From Octopus sinensis (taxonomy: Eukaryota), in contig NW_021829975.1 of the NCBI RefSeq assembly GCF_006345805.1, forward strand, positions 1 through 5,753: a stretch of DNA of 5,753 nt, written 5' to 3'. Both the position numbers and the translations under genes were made by a program. The notes beneath the pieces are model-generated. The model did not search any database, was not told the DNA's origin, and saw nothing but the letters and a program-made list of their open reading frames with translations. Positions 1 to 5,753 of the stretch are shown here, in pieces; position 1 is the first letter of the stretch, and each line of letters begins with the position of its first letter.

Positions 1-190
1 AGAATGTTTTTATAAAACATCTTTTTCTCTTGGCTTTATTGAGAAAATTCTATAGTTTGTAAGATATTTGTTGTTTTTTTTCTTCAATTTCTGCAATTTC
101 AACCAATCACTGACGTCCATTGAGGTAAAAAGCTCTAGGCCTTAATAGCAAAGCACAACATTTGTTTCTGCCCCGTACACCAAATTTAAG
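1..190. repeat. Possible fragment of an unclassified interspersed repeat, probably cut by the window edge
   Basis: Small inverted repeat ATGTTTT-tat-AAAACAT at 4-20 and T-rich non-coding sequence. It resembles a recurrent octopus repeat from memory only; no diagnostic termini are visible. Confidence 0.25.
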
Positions 191-504
191 TTGCTGAGTT
201 TACATATATACATCATTATATAAGATTATTCTGTAGAATCATTACATAATTAAACATTTTTCATCAACTGCAATCAAACACAGTCGGATTTTAAAACATT
301 TTCTCAGCTATACCATGTCTATATTTTACCTTTAGTCAGTTCATTAGAATCCGGGCGACACAAAGTTGTAGTGACAAAAAAACATAAACAAAATCAAATA
401 CAAAAGTAATATCACAATAATATTGCCACAACAATAACAATAACAGAATAAAGGTGACCACATATAATATATAGTATGCATATAGTACCTTATATATCAC
501 ATGT

Positions 505-507
505 TAG

Positions 508-555
<48 letters not shown>

Positions 556-705
556 GCTATAATATATATAATATATATATTATTATATATATATATATAA
601 TGCTATATTATAAAATATAATATATATATATCCGTATATATAAGCATATACACTTTACAATACACATACATATATATATATATATGAATGTCTGTCTGCA
701 TGTGC

Positions 706-744
<39 letters not shown>

Positions 745-838
745 CGTAGATATATGCGTATACACACTTAATTACACGTATACATACATATATATGAATG
801 TCTATCTATATGTGTGTATGTATATATATATATACATG

Positions 839-860
<22 letters not shown>
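505..860. repeat. Compound (TA)n microsatellite region with degenerate internal duplications
   Basis: (TA)n runs at about 512-552, 709-741 and 821-858. ATAATGCTATA occurs at 551-561 and 597-607. TATATGAATGTCT occurs at 681-693 and 791-803. Confidence 0.9.
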
Positions 861-871
<11 letters not shown>

Positions 872-1071
872 CGTAGAGAGGGAGAGATAGATACATACAT
901 ACATACATACATACATACATACATAGACATATATACATACATATGTACACACACACACATATGTATGTGCGTATGTATGTATGTATGTGTGTATATATGT
1001 ATGTGTGTGTGTATGTATGTATGTATGTATGTATGTATGTATGTATGTATGTATGTATGTATGTATGTATG
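858..1071. repeat. (GA)n, (TACA)n, (CA)n/(TG)n and (TATG)n microsatellites
   Basis: (GA)n at about 858-890, (TACA)n at about 893-925 and (TATG)n at about 1013-1071, read directly. Confidence 0.92.
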
Positions 1072-1258
1072 TGCTTGGAGAAGAGGAATCCAATTGCCGC
1101 GATCGAAGAAGCTATGATGGTAGCAATAAATGGTGTGGAGATTATAAAGTGTTGATATCAGCTGACAGGCAACAATGGCAATAAATGTCATTGTTGATTG
1201 TTCTTTCGACTAAAATGGGCGATATCTATTTTTTTATTATTATGAGCGCCAATACGCG

Positions 1259-1400
1259 AGTGTGTGTGTGTGTGACTACGTACTTAGACGGAGAGAGACA
1301 GAGAGACAGAGAGACAGGCAGAAAGACTGAAAGAAAAAGAAACGTAAAATTGATCGACAATTAGATGGTGAGAGAGAGTGAGAGGTAGAGAAGAGTGAGA
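1259..1400. repeat. (GT)n followed by a GA-rich / (GAGACA)n low-complexity tract
   Basis: GTGTGT run at 1259-1274, GAGACA repeats at about 1290-1320, then purine-rich sequence. Confidence 0.8.
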
Positions 1401-1448
1401 GGCAGCAGCAAAGACATACAGACATAAATAAGTAGGTCCACATACATG

Positions 1449-1609
1449 AAAGCCGTTCGATTCACTTCAACATTTAAGTTTAATTTGTCAAAATATTTTC
1501 GTCGCAGAGATGCAGCATGAAGCTTTGTCAATGAACAGGTCGCGGTCTGAAAGCGACGAAAATATTTTGACAAATTAAACTTAAATGTTGAAGTGAATCG
1601 AACGGCTTT
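1449..1609. repeat. Perfect 57-bp inverted repeat with a 47-bp spacer
   Basis: 1449-1505 (AAAGCCGTTCGATTCACTTCAACATTTAAGTTTAATTTGTCAAAATATTTTCGTCGC) is the exact reverse complement of 1553-1609. Confidence 0.97.
1524..1574 (+). ncRNA. Minimal type I hammerhead-ribozyme-like fold with a variant core
   Basis: Stem I TTTGTCA 1524-1530 / TGACAAA 1568-1574. Core ATGAACA 1531-1537 (canonical CUGANGA), then an extra G. Stem II GTCGC 1539-1543 / GCGAC 1553-1557. GAA 1558-1560. Palindromic stem III AATATT 1561-1566. H17 = U1567. Confidence 0.6.
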
Positions 1610-1789
1610 TGTGTGTTTCTTAAATGGCTTACAAACACCTTCCACGCTGCAATTGTTTTCGTTCCAGCACACGATCTCAGATCAAATCACTTGCTATGCA
1701 AGTACATCTCCGTAATTCCATATACATGTTTATTCACAAATGGGTAGACAGGCAAACAGACAGGCAGACATACTTGTGTACATATACAA

Positions 1790-2152
1790 TGGACGGTGCT
1801 GAGTTGTCAAACATTTAAACCGAATTTTCTCAAAGCAACTTGTCCGACCGTCTCATTTTGTAGCATTATTTCAAGCCAGCCGGCTCTTTTTTTTTTGCGC
1901 AAACTGCACGTGTATTTTTCTCGAGTACGCGTAGTATCGATCGCAACAGCTAATGTACTTGCGCGTATAAATGCACCTTCCCACGGCTTTATCGATCGCA
2001 TTCTCACCCGGAATCGATTTTTGTAATTTTTTTTCAAAACTTATACACGCCCTGATACCGTCGGTATCAACATATCAAATCTGAGCGCAATCGGATGGAG
2101 GATGCCCGAGATCCTAGAAGACACACACACAGAACGGATTTTATATAATAGA
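1790..2152 (-). mobile_element. Non-autonomous Helitron-like element, 5' end intact, 3' end not identified
   Basis: The minus strand starts A|TCTATTATATAAAATCCGTTC(TG)n. An A|TC start, TA-rich leader and short microsatellite are typical of invertebrate non-autonomous Helitron-type elements. No clear 3' hairpin plus CTRR was found; the left boundary is approximate. Confidence 0.5.
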
Positions 2153-2158
2153 TGAATT

Positions 2159-2159
2159 A

Positions 2160-2192
<33 letters not shown>

Positions 2193-2342
2193 ATACATAT
2201 ATAATATGTATGTATATATATGTATATATATGTATGTATATATATGTATATATATGTATATATATGTATATATATGTATGTATATATATGTATATATATA
2301 TATTATAATATATATACATATATATATATGTATGTATATATG
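2159..2342. repeat. (TA)n / (TATATG)n compound microsatellite
   Basis: Read directly. Confidence 0.92.
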
Positions 2343-2344
2343 TA

Positions 2345-2509
2345 GGCGTAGGAGTGGCTGTGTGGTAAGTAGCTTGCTTACGAACCACATTGATCCGGGT
2401 TCAGTCCCACTGCGTGGCACTTGGGCGAGTGTCTTCTACTATAGCCTCGGGCCGACCAAAACCTTGTGAGTGGATTTGGTAGACGGAAACTGAAAGAAGC
2501 CTCGGATTA

Positions 2510-2542
<33 letters not shown>

Positions 2543-2549
2543 ATATATG

Positions 2550-2581
<32 letters not shown>

Positions 2582-2593
2582 CTATATATATAG

Positions 2594-2649
<56 letters not shown>

Positions 2650-2887
2650 ATGTGTGTGTGGTATGGCTGTGTGTATATGTTTGTGTGTCTGTGTTTGTCC
2701 CCCTTCAACATCGCTGACAACCGTTGGTGGTATGTTTACGTCCCCGTAACTTAGCGGTTCGGCAAAAGACACCGATTGAATAAGTACTAGGCTTACAAAG
2801 AATAAGTCCTGGGGTCGATTTGCTCGACTAAATGCGTAGCTCCAGCATGGCCGCAGTCAAATGACTTAAACAAGTAAAAGAGTAAAA
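2345..2887 (+). mobile_element. Full-length tRNA-derived SINE (octopus-type) with an internal microsatellite
   Basis: Pol III A box TGGCTGTGTGG 2355-2365 and B box GGTTCAGTCCC 2398-2408 at tRNA-like spacing. Body to about 2505, (TA)n/(TG)n at 2509-2690, then a 3' part with hairpins GTCGA-tttgc-TCGAC 2814-2828 and AGTCA-aa-TGACT 2855-2866, and the tail AAACAAGTAAAAGAGTAAAA. It matches abundant Octopus SINEs as I recall them. Confidence 0.85.
2509..2690. repeat. (TA)n then (TG)n microsatellite inside the SINE
   Basis: Read directly. Confidence 0.92.
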
Positions 2888-2889
2888 TA

Positions 2890-3093
2890 TATATGTGACC
2901 TCGTGTGTACCGTTGGCGATTTTTTTTCCTCTGTCTTCCCTTCTCTGGATCTGTCCTTCTCCTATGTTTCCGACGAAGAGCTTCGCTCGAAACGTTAAAC
3001 CCTCCTTCTTTCCTGAGCATCCAATAATACTATATTTGTTTCACGTCCTCGCGTTGTTGTGTTTTTTTGTGCTTTCTTGTTTGGATTAACTTT
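2890..3093 (+). mobile_element. Putative hammerhead-containing short repeat (Penelope-like or retrozyme-like, non-autonomous)
   Basis: About 200 bp, pyrimidine-rich on the + strand, bounded by the SINE tail and a (TA)n run, and containing the fold at 2966-3000. Confidence 0.5.
2966..3000 (+). ncRNA. Minimal type I hammerhead-ribozyme-like fold with a U4C core variant
   Basis: Stem I GTTT 2966-2969 / AAAC 2997-3000. Core CCGACGA 2970-2976, then an extra A. Stem II GAGC-ttc-GCTC 2978-2988. GAA 2989-2991. Palindromic stem III ACGT 2992-2995. H17 = U2996 (GUU site). Confidence 0.65.
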
Positions 3094-3095
3094 AT

Positions 3096-3136
<41 letters not shown>
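3094..3136. repeat. (TA)n microsatellite
   Basis: Read directly. Confidence 0.92.
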
Positions 3137-3139
<3 letters not shown>

Positions 3140-3397
3140 CTTCGAACGTAGAGTAGATGAAACCATGGCGACTGAAGAAGGGGTTTTTTTCCTTGTGTTA
3201 TTTGTCCTGTACTCTATTTTTTTGTTGTTTAAGAAAATGTCCAGTTCCTTGGGTTTGTGTCTATGTTTTCGTTTCTCATTGTGTTCGACGTTTTTTTTTT
3301 TTTTTTGGTGTCCTGTACTCATATATACGTGTATATATACATGTAGAGGTAGGTACGTACATATATGTATATATATATGCATATGTTTTATTTATTA

Positions 3398-3400
<3 letters not shown>
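3136..3400 (+). mobile_element. Unclassified interspersed repeat, copy 1, T-rich and flanked by (TA)n
   Basis: Shares exact 19-nt (3268-3286) and 21-nt (3350-3370) words with an inverted copy at 4630-4648 and 4555-4575. Internal 12-nt direct repeat TGTCCTGTACTC at 3203-3214 and 3309-3320. Strand is nominal. Confidence 0.7.
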
Positions 3401-3404
<4 letters not shown>

Positions 3405-3484
<80 letters not shown>

Positions 3485-3593
3485 AGAGAGAGAGAGAGAG
3501 AGAGAGAGAATGCCTTCTCCGTAACTCATTCTCTGTGTTTCCTCTACTGTTTCTTGCGTGTTCTCGTTCTCTCTTTTCAATTGTTTCTATCTC

Positions 3594-3644
<51 letters not shown>

Positions 3645-3656
3645 TATTATTATTAT
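3405..3656. repeat. (TA)n, (GA)n and (TTA)n microsatellites
   Basis: (TA)n at about 3405-3482, (GA)n at 3484-3509 and (TTA)n at 3594-3656. Confidence 0.93.
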
Positions 3657-4172
3657 GTGCACGTTGGCTGGACATATAGCTGGCTCATTCAAGATTTTGC
3701 TTATGAAGTTCCTTATCAAAGAAACGTTCTTCTAACGCCAACAAACTATACGCACTGATCGAATTCCTTATTCGCCGTAAGGGCATGTTTCGTGAACTTG
3801 ATTTTTGTCTAATTGAGTGCGTTAAATATGGAGGATGTCACGTCGGCTGCACGATTTGACTGGCAATTCTGGATCAAAAGCACCTCAACGAACGTGTCTT
3901 ATCGTACGTTGATAATTGTCAGGAGCAGAACATCACAATTAGTATCTGAGTTATACATTAAAGAAACAGTTTTCGTGATTATAACATAAGCCATCCGTGA
4001 GCAATCGAGAGAAATTGAAAGAAGGCTATTCGCGATTTCTAGCTACTTGATCGTCATACGGCGCAAAACTTGACCTCAATTCATTTTTGCACACAGATGA
4101 AATTCTGTTCTACCTACTGGTAATAATAGCCTTAGAGATGGACATACATATGTGTCTGTGTACGTATGTAAC

Positions 4173-4510
4173 TATGTATGTATGTATGTATGTATGTATG
4201 TATGTATGTATGTATGTATGTATGTATGCATGTATGTATGTATGTATGTATGTATGCATGCATGCATGTATGTATGTATGTGTGTATTTATGTATGTATG
4301 TATGTATGTATGCATGTATGTATGTATGTATGTATGTATGTATGCATGTATGTATGTATGTATGTATGTATGCATGCATGTATGTATGTATGTATGTATG
4401 TATGCATGTATGTATGTATTTATGTATGTATGTATGTATGCATGCATGTATGTATGTATTTATGTATGTATGTTTGTATGTATGTATGTATGTATGTATG
4501 TATGTATGTA
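4173..4510. repeat. Long (TATG)n microsatellite with CATG and TATT variant units
   Basis: About 340 bp of TATG units with interspersed CATG and TATT, read directly. Confidence 0.95.
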
Positions 4511-4543
4511 TATATGTAATAATATTGATAATATATAAGTGTA

Positions 4544-4670
4544 TGCATATGTACATACATATATGTACGTACCTATATCTATATGTATATATACATGCAT
4601 ATATAGGTACAGGACATTAAAAAAGCCTTGAACACAATGAGAAACGAAGACATAAAAACAAAAACATACA
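4544..4670 (-). mobile_element. Unclassified interspersed repeat, copy 2 (partial, inverted relative to 3136-3400)
   Basis: The reverse complement aligns by eye to about 3255-3385 and includes TTCGTTTCTCATTGTGTTC and TAGGTACGTACATATATGTAT exactly. Confidence 0.75.
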
Positions 4671-4903
4671 AAACGAACGTTTTTTCGAACATATGTATAT
4701 GTGTGTATTTAAATATAAATATGTAAATAAATATATAAGATCCAATGATCAAGATGTAGGAAGAAATCCGTAGTAAATATTTAAAAAAAACAACCTCCAA
4801 GGACAATAGTGGTTTATTGAGAGGGAAGGTTGTGGATTTTTTGTGAGAAGGTTATGGAAACATGTAGCCTGGATCTTATCTACACCATTCCTTAATTCAT
4901 ATA

Positions 4904-5374
4904 CCGTAAATCCTCGAGTATAGTCCGCCCTTGAGTATAATACGCAGGGGATTTTTAGGGGGTTGTACCTCTGAAAAACCTAAACCTTGTGTATAATATG
5001 CACCCCTTTTCTAACTTGAGTCGTACGTAATACAATAATGGTGATGTTCTTAACTGTTATATGGGAATATAAATGTTTGCAAATTGTTTTTGTTACATGT
5101 TATTCTGTGTTCTGAATACTTTTATTTTAATAAATGTTGCTTACTGCAAGTTATGGATGATTCTTTCATGACTTCATTGCTTTCAGGCTTAGCTTAAGGT
5201 ATTTTCGCGCCCGACATCACAAAATGCGTCTGAATAAACATTGCCGGATAGCAAAGAGAAACTCGGATATTGCTTAGAAAATATTTTTCATTTTTAGCCT
5301 CATATATAGTACGCACTAGGGATTTTGACCTTTAAATGTTTGGGGAAAAGTGCGTATTATACTCTGAAATACGG
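4904..5374. mobile_element. Complete 471-bp MITE of the Tc1/mariner superfamily (Tc2/pogo-like)
   Basis: TA at 4902-4903 and 5375-5376. Left end CCGTAAATCCTCGAGTATAGTCCGCCC; right end reverse complement CCGTATTTCAGAGTATAATACGCAC. CCGTA termini with TA duplication are typical of Tc2-type elements. Sub-terminal motif GAGTATAATACGCAC recurs. No transposase ORF. Confidence 0.82.
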
Positions 5375-5753
5375 TATGTATGTATGTACACAAACATATA
5401 TATAATATATTGCAGTAATGATAGTATAGCTTCATAACAGTCAATGAATATTATCAAATGGTTTCATGCAGATAACCTTCCAGAAGTGGAGGGGTAATGT
5501 AGCAATCATCGGACGTGGTCGAATGGAAAAGTATGAGTTGCGCTGAAAACTCCTTTACTGAATCACTTTAATGTACTTCTCAATAGGTATCTGCATAATC
5601 TTTTTTTACACTTCACTAATAAACTGATTGTTTTATGAACTGGCATCAGATTTTCTGATTTATCCATTTCTTAAAATACCAGTTACAAACAACTTACGAT
5701 GGCAACATTATGACTTCACTCTGAGAAGAAAGATCTAGAAACGTCCATATGTG

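Larger units (their letters stand above)
1449..1715 (+). mobile_element. Putative non-autonomous Penelope-like (pseudo-LTR-derived) element with an inverted partial copy at its 5' end
   Basis: Inverted partial duplication next to the forward copy plus a minimal hammerhead fold, both known features of Penelope-like elements. No RT or GIY-YIG ORF. The 3' boundary is approximate. Confidence 0.5.

Noticed and set aside
103-117. CCAAT box next to a CRE-like TGACGTC
   Set aside because: Short motifs with no gene or start-site context, probably inside a repeat.
893-1071. (TACA)n and (TATG)n tracts as an inverted repeat
   Set aside because: Complementarity is a trivial result of one microsatellite motif in both orientations.
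768-1191. ORFs with MYVC / YIHT repeats
   Set aside because: Translations of (TATG)n/(TACA)n and (TA)n microsatellites, which lack stops in some frames.
1449-1609. Inverted repeat as DNA-transposon TIRs or a pre-miRNA
   Set aside because: No clear target-site duplication, the element-like sequence continues past the right arm, and perfect 57-bp pairing with a 47-nt loop is atypical of pre-miRNAs.
1361-1672. 103-aa minus-strand ORF
   Set aside because: Runs through both arms of the inverted repeat into GA-rich low-complexity DNA; no recognisable domain.
1796-2037. Two 76-aa ORFs on opposite strands
   Set aside because: Short, inside the Helitron-like element, with no Rep or helicase motifs.
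2345-2420. Possible tRNA gene
   Set aside because: A and B boxes are present but there is no convincing cloverleaf, and it continues into a SINE body.
3157-3758. 192-aa and overlapping ORFs with poly-Y, poly-I, poly-L and ER runs
   Set aside because: They cross (TA)n, (GA)n and (TTA)n tracts and a repeat element.
4087-4620. 177-aa ORF and overlapping ORFs
   Set aside because: Open only because of the (TATG)n array; no protein-like content.
5715-5753. CTGAGAA...GAAACGTC, resembling a hammerhead core
   Set aside because: Position 8 does not fit, stem II is weak, and the flanks give no adjacent stem I. The window edge limits further assessment.

Overview
AT-rich, non-coding eukaryotic DNA made of microsatellites and short interspersed elements. 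The tRNA-derived SINE and repeat mix resemble Octopus (cephalopod) DNA; this is from recall, not a database search. No credible protein-coding gene: the listed ORFs are mostly translations of (TA)n, (TATG)n and (TTA)n tracts, and the rest resemble no protein I recognise. Supported elements: a full-length tRNA-derived SINE (2345-2887), a 471-bp Tc2/pogo-type MITE with TA target-site duplications (4904-5374), a Helitron-like fragment on the minus strand (about 1790-2152), and two inverted copies of one unclassified repeat (3136-3400 and 4544-4670). The most notable signal is two minimal type I hammerhead-ribozyme folds in unrelated repeats (1524-1574 and 2966-3000). Both have a palindromic stem III that would need a dimer, a non-canonical core, an extra purine after A9 and U at the cleavage position. 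The first is partly covered by a perfect 57-bp inverted repeat. This suggests non-autonomous Penelope-like or retrozyme-like elements with variant ribozymes. Catalytic activity is untested.
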